Below are positions 1-9,259 of a stretch of DNA of 45,964 nucleotides, piece after piece (position 1 is the stretch's first letter; the number at the start of each line of letters is the position of its first letter). Source of the stretch: Terriglobia bacterium (lineage in GTDB: Bacteria; Acidobacteriota; Terriglobia; UBA7540); assembly GCA_020072905.1 (NCBI GenBank), contig JAIQGB010000060.1:1-45964 (forward strand), in the 5' to 3' direction. Under the pieces are notes generated by a model. It had not been told where the DNA came from and did not search any database. It saw only the letters and a program-made list of their open reading frames with translations. The position numbers and the translations under genes are program-made.

Positions 1-1076
1 CGACCCGCTCGCCGATCGGCGTCTGCACGATGATCACGCCGTGGAATTTCCCCATGGCGATTCCTTCCTGGAAAGTGATGCCAGCGCTGATTTGTGGCAA
101 CACCGTGGTGATGAAGCCCGCCACCGATACCCCGCTCTCCATGCTGAACATGGCCAAGGTGCTCGAAGATGCAGGCGTTCCCCGCGGCGTAGCTAACTAC
201 GTGTCCGGCGGCGGAGGCGAGGTCGGCGACCGGCTGATGACCCACGAGGACGTCAAGGTGGTCTCCTTCACCGGCTCGACGGAAATCGGCCGCAAGGTCT
301 CCGAAGCGTGCTCGCACAACTTCAAGCATTGCTGCCTGGAGATGGGCGGGAAGAACTGCATCATCGTGATGGAGGATGCCAACCTGGAACTCGCCGTCGA
401 GGGCGCGCTGTGGGGCGGGTTCGGCACTACCGGCCAGCGCTGCACTGCCGCCAGCCGTGTGGCCTGCCACAAGAGGGTCTACAAGGAATTTATCGACCGG
501 TTTGTCGAGCGCGCCCGGGGGCTCAAAGTCGGCAACGGCCTCGACCCCGCCGTGCAGATGGGGCCGTGCATCAATGAGGGCCAGCTCAAGACCGTCGAGG
601 AGTACGTGGAAATCGGCAAGAACGAGGGCGCCAAGCTGCTTTGCGGCGGGCAACGCCTGACCGGCGGCGAGTACGATTGCGGCTGGTTCCACGCCCCCAC
701 GATCTTCGGCGACTGCGATCCCAAGATGCGCGTCGCGCAGGAGGAAATCTTCGGGCCGGTGGTTTCGGTGATCCCGTTCGATACCCTCGAGGAGGCCATC
801 GGAATCAACAACGGTGTGGTTTACGGGCTCTCTTCATCGATCTATACGCGCAACCTGAACCGAGCCTATCAGGCCATGCGCGACCTGGATACCGGCATCG
901 TTTACGTCAACGCGCCCACCATCGGCGCGGAGACTCACCTGCCTTTCGGCGGCACCAAGCAGACCGGCAACGGCCACCGCGAAGCCGCCATCACCGCGCT
1001 GGATTTCTACTCGGAGTGGAAGTCGGTTTACGTGGACTACAGCGACCGCCTTCAGCGCGCCCAAATTGATACGTAG
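1..1076 (+). CDS. Aldehyde dehydrogenase family protein (5' end outside window)
   Basis: The reading frame is open to the window edge (codon phase from nt 3). ALDH motifs are present: VVMKPA, EMGGKN, the catalytic Cys in GQRCTA, and EEIFGPV. Stop at 1074-1076. Confidence 0.9.
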   Translation, partial: TRSPIGVCTMITPWNFPMAIPSWKVMPALICGNTVVMKPATDTPLSMLNMAKVLEDAGVPRGVANYVSGGGGEVGDRLMTHEDVKVVSFTGSTEIGRKVSEACSHNFKHCCLEMGGKNCIIVMEDANLELAVEGALWGGFGTTGQRCTAASRVACHKRVYKEFIDRFVERARGLKVGNGLDPAVQMGPCINEGQLKTVEEYVEIGKNEGAKLLCGGQRLTGGEYDCGWFHAPTIFGDCDPKMRVAQEEIFGPVVSVIPFDTLEEAIGINNGVVYGLSSSIYTRNLNRAYQAMRDLDTGIVYVNAPTIGAETHLPFGGTKQTGNGHREAAITALDFYSEWKSVYVDYSDRLQRAQIDT

Positions 1077-1093
1077 GGCGGTACGCGGAGAAG

Positions 1094-1642
1094 TCAGCGA
1101 GCGGGTCTGTCAGAGGTGCTGGAAGATTCTCCGGGCGTGGAAATGGGCTGCGGGTTGGCGCTTGCCTGCGCGGTGGGATCGAGTTCTTCAGGCAAGGGGT
1201 GAGGGCCGAGGCCAAGTTTCATGAGGGATTTGGCTTCCGGCAGGCCGGTCGCTGGGAAGCCGTGGCCCTGCTGGAAGCTGCGCATGGCTTGGCGCGTCGA
1301 GTCATCCCACTTGCCATTGGGCTCTGCGTTCAAGTAGCCCGCTTGAAACAGTCCCCGCTGAATTTCCTCGATGCGTTCCGGCTGGAGTTTCTGCCGGGCC
1401 AGTCGGGTGCGGAAGGACTCTTTGCGATGGCGCCGCCCTCGCGCCGAGACTCGGCGCGTCGTCTTCTTCCCCGAGCTCTTCGACGCGGACGCTCGCGTCG
1501 CCGACTTCTTCTGCGCCGTTGATTTGCCGGGGGCGCTCTTCGTGAGCTTGCTCGTCGCGGCCCGGACAGATACCGACCACGCCAGGGCTGCCGAAGTCAG
1601 CAAGGCAAGAAAAGTGCGGATTCGTCGAGGAGAAGCCGTCAC
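1094..1642 (-). CDS. Secreted peptidoglycan-binding (PG_binding_1-like) domain protein
   Basis: GTG start preceded by GAGGGA. It has an N-terminal signal peptide (LALLTSAALAWSVSVRA) and a basic Lys/Ser/Arg-rich linker. The C-terminal motif is LFQAGYL..GKWDDSTRQAMRSFQQGHGFPATG. It starts 18 nt after the htrA stop, so the two genes are probably an operon. Confidence 0.7.
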   Translation of the reverse strand: MTASPRRIRTFLALLTSAALAWSVSVRAATSKLTKSAPGKSTAQKKSATRASASKSSGKKTTRRVSARGRRHRKESFRTRLARQKLQPERIEEIQRGLFQAGYLNAEPNGKWDDSTRQAMRSFQQGHGFPATGLPEAKSLMKLGLGPHPLPEELDPTAQASANPQPISTPGESSSTSDRPAR

Positions 1643-1660
1643 GTTCCCTCGCAGGCGATT

Positions 1661-3241
1661 TTACGGCAATCGGTCGGCCAAGTAAATGGTCGTGAACGTC
1701 CGCTGCGTGCGGCGGGCAATCAGGAAGAGCACGTCCTGACCGGACTTGAGCTGACCCTGGATGCGGCTGAAGTCCTCGGCCGAGCGCAGCGGTTGCTGAT
1801 TCAAGCTGAGGATTACGTCGCCCCGTTGGATGCCGAGGTCGGCGGTAAAACCGCTGCCTTTCACGTCGGTAACCAGCACTCCTCGCGAACCGGTAAGGTG
1901 CAACTGGCCGGCAAGTTCATCCGCTTGCTCGCGGGTCAGATTACGGACGGAAAGCCCGAGGACTCCGCCGGCTTCCTCGCCGCCCTCTTCCGATTCGCCC
2001 TCGCCTGCATTGCTGCCGGAGAGCTGACTGATGATTTTGTTCCGGTCGCCCACCACAATTTCGGTGGTGAAAGACTTTTTGTCGCGGAGGACATCAACCT
2101 TCAGTCTTTTCCCCACTTCAGTATCGGAGACGATGGCAACCAGCTCATCGCCACCGTGGATGGGCTTGCCGTTCACAGTGGTAATAACGTCACCTCGCTT
2201 CAGCCCGGCGTGATCGGCGGGGCTGTCGGGCTCGACGTTATTCACCACCACGCCATGATCGGCGCCAAAGCTGCGCAGCAGCGCCGGGTTGTTCTCATTC
2301 ATGAACGATACACCGATGGCGCCGCGTTGCACGCTGCCCGAAGAGATGAGCTGGTTGTACACTTTGCGGGCCGTGTTGGAGGGAATGGCGAAGCCCACAC
2401 CGTCATAGGTGCCGCGCCGGGTGGCAATGGCCGTGTTGATGCCGACTACCTGCCCTGCCATGTTCACCAGCGGTCCACCGCTGTTTCCCGGATTGATGGC
2501 GGCGTCGGTCTGGAGGAAGCGCTTGAACTGACCTTCTGGCCCGCCTTCGATATCGCGCCCCTTGGCGCTGAGAATGCCTGCCGTGACGGTCGAGTCGAGG
2601 CCGAACGGGCTGCCGATGGCCAGCACCCAATCCCCGACGCGCATCGAGTCGGAGTCGCCAAACTGCGCGTAAGCAAGGGAGCGCCCCGCGTCGATCTTGA
2701 TGACGGCCAGATCGGTCCATTTGTCCCTGCCGATAATCTTCGCTTCATAGCCGCTCCGCGGGCTGCCCTCTTCGCCGTGCAGTTGCACGCGAATGCGGTC
2801 CACCGGCTTGTCTTCGTCTGACTGCATCACCACGTGATAATTCGTGAGGATGTAACCGTTCTTGTCGAGGAGTACCCCCGAGCCTAAGCTCGGCTGGCGG
2901 AACTCTGTCCCCGGTCCCTCGGGTCCGAATTGGAAGAAACGATCGAAGAAGTCGCCCAAGGGCGAATCGTCGGGCGTGTGGAAGCGGCGTCGCGAGACCT
3001 TGATCACCGATTCCGTGTTGATGTTGACGACGGCCGGCTCAAGCTCGTCGGCAATCCGCGAGAACGAATTGGAAAGCTCCACGGGCGAGGGAATGGGCAG
3101 CGGCGTCGCATCGGCCGCCCCCCGTCCTCCCGGCTTTGCGGCGCGCACGCCGTTCGAAACCAGCGTCCCAATCAGAATACCCACGGCCAGCGTCGCAGTA
3201 ACGACTGCGGCTGGCAGCAGACGACGTCCGTTGATCTTCAT
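1661..3241 (-). CDS. htrA: Do/DegP/HtrA family periplasmic serine protease with two PDZ domains
   Basis: Trypsin-like core with the GNSGGPL active-site motif, followed by two PDZ-like segments. I prefer ATG 3241 (MKINGRRLL.., TM/signal anchor) because GGAGGGGTGAGG lies just upstream. The ORF-track Met at 3358 adds 39 residues with no homology. Confidence 0.9.
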   Translation of the reverse strand: MKINGRRLLPAAVVTATLAVGILIGTLVSNGVRAAKPGGRGAADATPLPIPSPVELSNSFSRIADELEPAVVNINTESVIKVSRRRFHTPDDSPLGDFFDRFFQFGPEGPGTEFRQPSLGSGVLLDKNGYILTNYHVVMQSDEDKPVDRIRVQLHGEEGSPRSGYEAKIIGRDKWTDLAVIKIDAGRSLAYAQFGDSDSMRVGDWVLAIGSPFGLDSTVTAGILSAKGRDIEGGPEGQFKRFLQTDAAINPGNSGGPLVNMAGQVVGINTAIATRRGTYDGVGFAIPSNTARKVYNQLISSGSVQRGAIGVSFMNENNPALLRSFGADHGVVVNNVEPDSPADHAGLKRGDVITTVNGKPIHGGDELVAIVSDTEVGKRLKVDVLRDKKSFTTEIVVGDRNKIISQLSGSNAGEGESEEGGEEAGGVLGLSVRNLTREQADELAGQLHLTGSRGVLVTDVKGSGFTADLGIQRGDVILSLNQQPLRSAEDFSRIQGQLKSGQDVLFLIARRTQRTFTTIYLADRLP

Positions 3242-3382
3242 ACGATCCTCACCCCTCCGCATTCTTGTGCCGGCCCCTGCCGCTGGCAAAACTTCATTAT
3301 ACACTGCATTGGACGCTGGCGCCTCATGGCAGGATAGTTCGGGGCGTTTCATATCCATGGACGACGGTCATCGGCCGTCCGG

Positions 3383-3416
3383 AGACAGAAAGCGGCCGGA
3401 TTCGGCAGCCGGCCGC
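3383..3416 (-). terminator. Rho-independent terminator candidate downstream of the Gly/Met-rich protein gene
   Basis: On the minus strand, GCGGCCGG(9-nt loop)CCGGCCGC forms a perfect 8-bp GC stem followed by TTTCTGTCT. It lies 16 nt after the stop at 3432. Confidence 0.55.
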
Positions 3417-3431
3417 CCGCCTTTCCGCGTG

Positions 3432-3980
3432 TTAGGCGACTTCTTCAGCGTGCCGGATGTCCTCCCTGGCTTGCTTCCGGGCCTTCTTGGCCTCCGCCTT
3501 GAACTTGACATCGGGCCTCAGGGACTTGATCGCCTTGCCGAGGCTCTCAGAGTCCGGTCCGGTCATCCTCGTTTTCAGTTGGTCAAAGGGAATTCCCAGG
3601 TTTTGGGAAACGTGGACGGCAGCCACAAACTGGCCCAGGTTCTTGAACCCCGCAGCAGCTTCTTGGACGTTGGTTCCCTCGGGCAGCAGCTTGCCAAGCC
3701 GTGAGGACAGTTTGGTGTTCTGGGAAAGAATCTCGGTTGGCGATTTCGGACCCATCGCCTGGCCTTGGCGAGTGCCCTGATCAATTCCGCCCATTCTTCC
3801 TCCGCGGTTCATGTCGGGACCGCCGCGGCTGTCCCCCATCCCGCGCCCCATGTTGGAACCCATTCCGCTACCCATTCCGGCGCCCATCCCGCCACCGCCG
3901 CCGCGCTGCGCGAAAAGCGGAAAGCAGCCCAGAGATATGGCCACCGCCATCGTGGCCATCTTTAATCTCACTCGTCCCAT
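3432..3980 (-). CDS. Secreted protein with a Gly/Met-rich repeat region, function unknown
   Basis: Strong SD (AAGGAGGAGGATT-ATG). It has a signal peptide (MATMAVAISLGCFPLFAQ). The low-complexity tract is GGGGGMGAGMGSGMGSNMGRGMG..MNRGGRMGG. A conserved-looking C-terminal domain follows (GFKNLGQFVAAVHVSQNLGIPFDQLK). Confidence 0.6.
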   Translation of the reverse strand: MGRVRLKMATMAVAISLGCFPLFAQRGGGGGMGAGMGSGMGSNMGRGMGDSRGGPDMNRGGRMGGIDQGTRQGQAMGPKSPTEILSQNTKLSSRLGKLLPEGTNVQEAAAGFKNLGQFVAAVHVSQNLGIPFDQLKTRMTGPDSESLGKAIKSLRPDVKFKAEAKKARKQAREDIRHAEEVA

Positions 3981-4309
3981 AATCCTCCTCCTTAAATGCG
4001 GCTCCCGAACAGGCTAAGCGATACCCCATCCTGTGCAAAATCAATTTCTTGCTATGGCCCTGCCAAAGAGCTCGCGTTTTGGCTTTGCCCTGTCCGGTCT
4101 ACCCTCCCTTCGATGGCGTCCACCTCCCACGAGTTGCCTTGGGCAACACATCCTATTGATTGCTAGTGACTTAACGGACCACGGGGGGCAGCGCAGCAGC
4201 GGTTTCTGGGTCGAGGCTACACTGAGGGGGCTGAGCCTGCAACCGACCTCTTGGCCGGGAATTCGTATTTTATCGGACAGGCACGCCCAGCGCCCGCTAT
4301 AGCGAAGTC

Positions 4310-5179
4310 CTATCCCTCCACCGGCGAGGGAGACGATCCGCCCCACAGCTCCGAGATAATCATTCCACTCAAGATCAGCGCGGAACCTAAGAAGATTTTG
4401 CCGCCGAATCGCTCGCCCATGACTATCCGCGAACTGAGCGCGGCGAAGACCGGTTCCAGGGCGAAGATCAAAGCGGTATGGGCCGGCGGAGTAAACTGCT
4501 GCGCCCAGTTTTGCACGGAGAACGCAAAAGCAGTTGGCAGCAAGGCTGTCACCAGGATCGCCGCGATCAGCGCCAGCGTCCAGTTCAGTCTGCCACCGAA
4601 TCCCAGCGGCCAGGCGGAAGCGGCCAGCAGGCCGACGGTCAAAATCTGTACCGGAACCAGGTGGCGATAGGAGAAGCGTCGCGTATAACTGCCCACCAGG
4701 ACGATGTGCACGGCAAATGACGTAGCGGCAATCAGGGTCAGGAGATCGCCGCGATTGACGGCGTGCATGCCCGAAGGCATTACCAGGAAATAGATGCCCA
4801 GCAGCCCGAGCAGCGCCCCGACGGCGGTGGCTTTTCTAAGGTGGAAGCCGTGCAGCGTCTGAAAAAACGGCACCAGGATGACGGCAAACCCGGTGATGAA
4901 GGCGGACTTGGAAGGCGTGGTGTAAAGCAAGCCGCTGGTCTGAAAAAGGTAGCCGGCAAAGAGAAAAATCCCCAGAACGAAGCCGTGCGCGAGCGCCCGA
5001 AAGCTCATCCAGCCGCCGCGCAGAACCAGAAAGAGCAGCACTCCTGCCAGGGTAAAGCGGATGGTAATGAAAGGCAGCGGGGAGGCGTCGCGCAGCGCCC
5101 CCTTCACCACCACAAACGTCGAGCCCCAGATGAAGGTCACCAGGACAAGCAGGGCTTCGGCTTTGCTCCGCGCACGCAA
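4310..5179 (-). CDS. EamA/DMT-family transporter
   Basis: About 10 predicted TM helices arranged as two EamA-like halves (LVTFIWGSTFVVVK.. and ..ALIFALEPVFAAL). TTG start with GGAGCAG upstream, so the start is only moderately certain. Confidence 0.8.
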   Translation of the reverse strand: MRARSKAEALLVLVTFIWGSTFVVVKGALRDASPLPFITIRFTLAGVLLFLVLRGGWMSFRALAHGFVLGIFLFAGYLFQTSGLLYTTPSKSAFITGFAVILVPFFQTLHGFHLRKATAVGALLGLLGIYFLVMPSGMHAVNRGDLLTLIAATSFAVHIVLVGSYTRRFSYRHLVPVQILTVGLLAASAWPLGFGGRLNWTLALIAAILVTALLPTAFAFSVQNWAQQFTPPAHTALIFALEPVFAALSSRIVMGERFGGKIFLGSALILSGMIISELWGGSSPSPVEG

Positions 5180-5276
5180 TTCAGGCTGCTCCGCTTAAAT
5201 CGTCTGAGTGAAAAGCCGTTCACGATGCGGGAAATTTGCCGTTGAGTCAAGTGGTGAATGTCGTCAGCGCGAAACG

Positions 5277-6509
5277 TTATGCCTCATTGCCGCACATCTC
5301 GAGGATCTCAGCATCGGTCAACAGGCGGTCGGCTTGTTTGGCGCGGGTGAAGATCCTCTCCACCAAATCTCCGGCTGGCGCGATGCCATGCTTTTCCAGC
5401 CAGAAGATCACGTTGGATTTGCCGCTCATCGGCCCGATTTCGATCTTCTGCTCCAGTCCAAACCAGTGTGAAGGCACACCGGAATACACTTGATTGGCGA
5501 GTTCGATATCGTCCTTGCGAAATGCCTTGATGACCGCCGCCGCGTGCACGCCCGTCGCGGTGCGGAAGGCGTCCGCGCCCACCACAGGGTAGTTGGCGGG
5601 GATAGGGACACCGACGGCCTCCGAAACCACCTCGCAATACTCCTTGAGCTTGCGAAGGTCGCGATCGAGAGCGCCCATCAGTTTCAGGTTCACGAGCATC
5701 TGGTCAATGGGCGTATTGCCCACCCGCTCGCCAATGCCCAGCGCTGTGCCATGCACCTGATCCGCGCCAGCCTCAAAGGCCGCCAGCGAGTTGGCCACCG
5801 CCATGCCGCGGTCGGAGTGACCGTGCCAATCAACGCGAACCTTCTCTCCCGAAGGCTTTATGACCTCCTCGCGCACGAAGCTCAGCAGCGCGCGCACGCC
5901 GCGCGGCGTGACGTGGCCGACCGTGTCACAGACCACGATGGCGCGCGCTCCGCACTCGATCGCCGTGGTGTAAAGCTTCTTGACCACTTCCGGCCGTGCC
6001 CGCGTCGTATCCTCGGTCACGTACATGACCGGCAAGCCGAGACTGCGCGCGTATTTGACGGCTTGCTCGGTGGTGCGAAGGAGAAAATCCAACGTCCAAT
6101 CTTCGGCGTACTGGCGAATGGGGCTGGAGCCAAGAAAGGTTGCTGCTTCAATTTCCACGCCGGTGACCTGAATGATTTCGGCAATCGGCCGGATATCCGA
6201 CTCGACCGTGCGCGCCGCGCAGTTCGGACGAATACGCATCTTGCCGGAAGCAATTTCCTGCGCCAGGCGAAGCACGTCGCCTCGGGGGCGGGGCCCCGCG
6301 CCCGGCAGACCCAAGTCCGCAGCGTCGATGCCCAGATCCTCCATCAGGTGCAGGATCTGAATCTTCTTTTCGATGGGGGGGTCGAGAACCGAGGGCGACT
6401 GCAAGCCGTCGCGCAAAGTCTCGTCATCAAGCATTGGCGCGCGGACGGGAGAAATCTCCGGCCCCTCCGCGCGGTTCCAGTCGTAAATGAGTTCGTGGTT
6501 GAGGGACAT
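5277..6509 (-). CDS. LeuA-family / HMGL-like synthase (2-isopropylmalate / homocitrate synthase-like, no regulatory domain)
   Basis: N-terminal DETLRDGLQSP motif, a TIM-barrel HMGL-like core (HGHSDRGMAVANSLAAFEAGA..VHGT.LGIGERVGN). At 410 aa it has the catalytic region only. Confidence 0.8.
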   Translation of the reverse strand: MSLNHELIYDWNRAEGPEISPVRAPMLDDETLRDGLQSPSVLDPPIEKKIQILHLMEDLGIDAADLGLPGAGPRPRGDVLRLAQEIASGKMRIRPNCAARTVESDIRPIAEIIQVTGVEIEAATFLGSSPIRQYAEDWTLDFLLRTTEQAVKYARSLGLPVMYVTEDTTRARPEVVKKLYTTAIECGARAIVVCDTVGHVTPRGVRALLSFVREEVIKPSGEKVRVDWHGHSDRGMAVANSLAAFEAGADQVHGTALGIGERVGNTPIDQMLVNLKLMGALDRDLRKLKEYCEVVSEAVGVPIPANYPVVGADAFRTATGVHAAAVIKAFRKDDIELANQVYSGVPSHWFGLEQKIEIGPMSGKSNVIFWLEKHGIAPAGDLVERIFTRAKQADRLLTDAEILEMCGNEA

Positions 6510-6544
6510 GAGCGAGGCGGCACGGACGGCGTCAGACCGGCACC

Positions 6545-6826
6545 CTAATGCGGGCCGCGGCGAGCAAAGTCACCGAGGATATTCACCGGCCGCTTCTCGT
6601 AGCGGAGTCCGGCACTCGAGCGGTCCTCCGGCACGGGGCGATAGAGAGTGTGGCAGCGCTCGCAGCGGTAGACTTCGACGTCTTTGCCCACTTGCTGAAC
6701 GACATCTTCGCTCGGCGTGTACCAGCGTTTGAGATGCCCGACGCAAAGCTTTCCCTTGGCGTCTTTCTCATCGCAGGCCCGCTGGCCAGGTTTCTTCTCT
6801 TTGATCTTGATGGGTTCAGCGCTCAA
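6545..6826 (-). CDS. Small zinc-ribbon-like protein (hypothetical)
   Basis: TTG start with GAGGTG 6 nt upstream. It contains a Cys pair CDEKDAKGKLC and a CERC knuckle. It ends 35 nt upstream of the LeuA-family start on the same strand. No homolog is known to me. Confidence 0.45.
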   Translation of the reverse strand: MSAEPIKIKEKKPGQRACDEKDAKGKLCVGHLKRWYTPSEDVVQQVGKDVEVYRCERCHTLYRPVPEDRSSAGLRYEKRPVNILGDFARRGPH

Positions 6827-6854
6827 CAGGGCACCTCGACGACGTCGGTTTTGC

Positions 6855-6868
6855 TTTGTCAGTTGTCA
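6855..6868. repeat. Tandem heptamer (TTGTCAG)x2 in the leader of the zinc-ribbon/LeuA-family operon
   Basis: Exact tandem duplication read directly from the sequence. The flank TTTTGCTTTGTCA resembles the flank of the array at 19050. Confidence 0.5.
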
Positions 6869-7338
6869 GCCGCTAGCTCTCGGCACCCCGCGCTCCGCCA
6901 GCATTTGCAGGCAGCCAAACCCTGCGAGGCTCTGCCGACTGCCGCAATGTCATTCTACCCAAAAATTCCGCAAGATGTCCAAGACGCAGAAGTGAAGGGC
7001 GTCTCCACTCAGCGTTGGGCTACCGCCCCCCGTTGGAGTCTGAACGAATGCTGGCTATCCGGGCGATCGGGGTACACGGATGCACCTTTCTGACCTGAAC
7101 CCAATTTGTCCCAGGGCGTCAAGCTTGGGCGCTTGTCCCTTCCAGTCGTTGGCCGCTTTTCGAGAAGCCGACTTCTCAGGCACAATCCTGACTTTTTAAG
7201 CTGTTCATAGCGAATCCGGCCTCAACACGACTTTGTGTCCCTTGTGGGACTGAAGCATCAGGTATATATAAGAGCAGTAACCGACCGTCCTTCCCCGCAG
7301 AAATTGGTGTTGTGGTCGGATCGTTGAGGTGGCTACCC

Positions 7339-8136
7339 ATGCGTCGAATCAGATTCTTAAACGGATGCACGTTTCTCTTTCTCCTGATCGCGCCTGGGGT
7401 GTGGGCGAAGGAGCCGCAGCCGAAGGTGTTCGTGTGGCCCGAGTCCGGTCAGCCCGTCGTACGGTTTAAGCTCGGCAAGTTCACGGAAATCGGTTCCTCC
7501 GGGAAACACCACACCTACACAGTGGACGTCACTGCCGAGAATCTCTGGGGCAAGCGGATTCAGAGAGCCACCTTTTACCTTTACCTCTTCGACAAAGATA
7601 AAGCGCGTATCGGAGAAGGCTGGATTTCGATCAAGGACGTCAACCCCGGCGAGACCATTAAATTCCAGATCGGCGCCGGAGCGTCCGGGACTCCCGTAAC
7701 GATGACGCTTGCGCCCGACACGCTACCACTGGAACTGGCTTCATATCTTCCGCCGAGGACAATTTCCGTCACCGTGAACTCGGTGCCACAGGGAGCCGAC
7801 TTGAAAGTTGATGGTGCCGAGGCGGGTGTCACGCCCATGCTGATCCACGTCGGGCCCGGCAAACACACGCAAGAATTCGGCAAGCAGGGATTCAATCCGG
7901 GCCACTTCCCGCTTGAAGTCACATCCGACGAGCTTTCGGGCGGCAGCGTCAGCTACGAGCTGGGCGCGTCCGCGCACGATACGGTGGAACTCCGCGACGG
8001 CACTGTGATGAGCTGTGACGTGGAATCAGTCTCCGCCACCGAACTCGTCGTCCGAGTCGGCGGTGCCGTCCAACACCTCGGCCGGAATCAGGTCAAACGG
8101 ATTTCTCTGGTCCCGCGAGAAACAGCGCCGCAGTAA
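7339..8136 (+). CDS. PEGA domain-containing secreted protein
   Basis: ATG 7339 with GAGGTGG upstream. It has a signal peptide (FLFLLIAPGVWA). The PEGA motif is VNSVPQGADLKVDGAEAGVTPMLIHVGPGKHTQEF. Confidence 0.75.
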   Translation: MRRIRFLNGCTFLFLLIAPGVWAKEPQPKVFVWPESGQPVVRFKLGKFTEIGSSGKHHTYTVDVTAENLWGKRIQRATFYLYLFDKDKARIGEGWISIKDVNPGETIKFQIGAGASGTPVTMTLAPDTLPLELASYLPPRTISVTVNSVPQGADLKVDGAEAGVTPMLIHVGPGKHTQEFGKQGFNPGHFPLEVTSDELSGGSVSYELGASAHDTVELRDGTVMSCDVESVSATELVVRVGGAVQHLGRNQVKRISLVPRETAPQ

Positions 8137-8413
8137 AACCGCAGTCATCTGCGACACGCTCATAGTCTCGCAGGCCCTTCAGGATCGTGGCGAAACTGCC
8201 CCGCCATTCGGTCGCTTGGGATTTCGCCTGATAAACGCCCTTCCCTGACAATGGCCATCTCGTCCCCCCGCACCAAGCGCAAGAGTGCACACGTGGGGAC
8301 CGCTGGGAGGAAGCAAGGCAAGAATCTACCCTTTGGGGGGTGTAGCGTCCTGGCCGGTTGTCTCACTTCAAGCGCCCACACCAGAACTAGATCGGAAAAT
8401 TGCAGAGGGCTCT

Positions 8414-9259
8414 TCAATAAACCACCTTCATTAGGCACAAACCCTGCGCGGGCGCGGTGGGTCCGGCGAGGGTCCGGTCGCGCGCGCCAAGAATCCTCGC
8501 AACGTCTTGCGGGGCGAGTTTCCCTCGCCCGACCTCCATGAGTGTCCCCACCATATTACGCACCATGTGGTGGAGGAAGCCGTTGCCGGTCACCTCGTAC
8601 ACTAACAGGGCTGTACGCGGCCGCCGGAAGAGCCGCGAGGAGAGAATCGTTCGCACCATCTCTCGGTCGCCCCCGCCGCCTGTTACAACTCCGTTCCCTG
8701 CCGTTCGTTTTTCTCGCATCATTCTGAATTCTGACTTCTGGCTTCTGACTTCCCTCTCCTTGCCCGGTTCCTCTTCGCCAGATGTTGCCGCAAACGACGT
8801 GAAATCGTGCTCCCCCTCGAAGAGCCGGGCCGCTTGCGCCATGCGCTCGTGGTCGAGCGGAAAAGGATGGTGGCAGACAAACCTCCACAGAAAGGGGGAA
8901 CAAACCGGCGCCTGGAGAATGCGATACCGGTACGTTTTGGAGCGTGCGTCGTAGCGGGCGTGGAAGTTCTCCGCGACTTCGCGCGCGACTTTGATGCGGA
9001 CTGTCGGTGGGAGCAGGTTGTTCAAGGCCTTGGCGAGGTTTTCGCAGGGAATCGGACTGGCGATTTTGAAGTTCGCCACCTGATTGAGGGCGTGCACACC
9101 GGCATCGGTGCGGCCCGAACCCCAAACATGGACGGGTTTGCCCGTCAGGCGCGCGATGGCCGTCTCCAGGCACTCCTGGACCGTCAGCAAATCGGGCTGC
9201 CGCTGCCAGCCGTGAAAGTCCGTCCCGTCGTAGGCAAGCACCAGCCGGACGTTGCGCAT
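8414..9259 (-). CDS. truA: tRNA pseudouridine(38-40) synthase TruA, carrying an approx. 35-aa in-frame insertion
   Basis: Motifs: LAYDGT.FHGWQRQ, the catalytic GRTDAGVHA, and FLHHMVRNMVG. The segment between FTSF and the R-x-I strand is about 35 residues longer than in classical TruA and is encoded partly by a heptamer array. Confidence 0.9.
   Translation of the reverse strand: MRNVRLVLAYDGTDFHGWQRQPDLLTVQECLETAIARLTGKPVHVWGSGRTDAGVHALNQVANFKIASPIPCENLAKALNNLLPPTVRIKVAREVAENFHARYDARSKTYRYRILQAPVCSPFLWRFVCHHPFPLDHERMAQAARLFEGEHDFTSFAATSGEEEPGKEREVRSQKSEFRMMREKRTAGNGVVTGGGGDREMVRTILSSRLFRRPRTALLVYEVTGNGFLHHMVRNMVGTLMEVGRGKLAPQDVARILGARDRTLAGPTAPAQGLCLMKVVY
8721..8752. repeat. Heptamer array A1 (plus strand ATTCTGA ATTCTGA CTTCTGG CTTCTGA CTTC; reverse complement is the (CAGAAGT)n family) inside truA
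   Basis: Period-7 tandem words read directly. Same family as 23717-23740 and 25892-25922. Confidence 0.8.

Noticed and set aside
5490-6548. Long antisense or alternative-frame ORFs opposite or overlapping real genes (also 1793-2821, 9705-10589, 17330-18214, 30262-31437, 36493-37518, 41955-42878, 44035-45468)
   Set aside because: These are typical shadow ORFs of GC-rich DNA. They are Arg/Gly/Ala/Pro-rich, have no recognisable motifs, and each overlaps a gene with clear family signatures in another frame or on the other strand.
8093-8290. 65-aa ORF in the 277-nt convergent gap between the PEGA gene and truA (possible gene remnant)
   Set aside because: It overlaps the PEGA gene end, has no start context and matches no family I can name. 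The gap may hold a decayed gene, but I cannot support a call.
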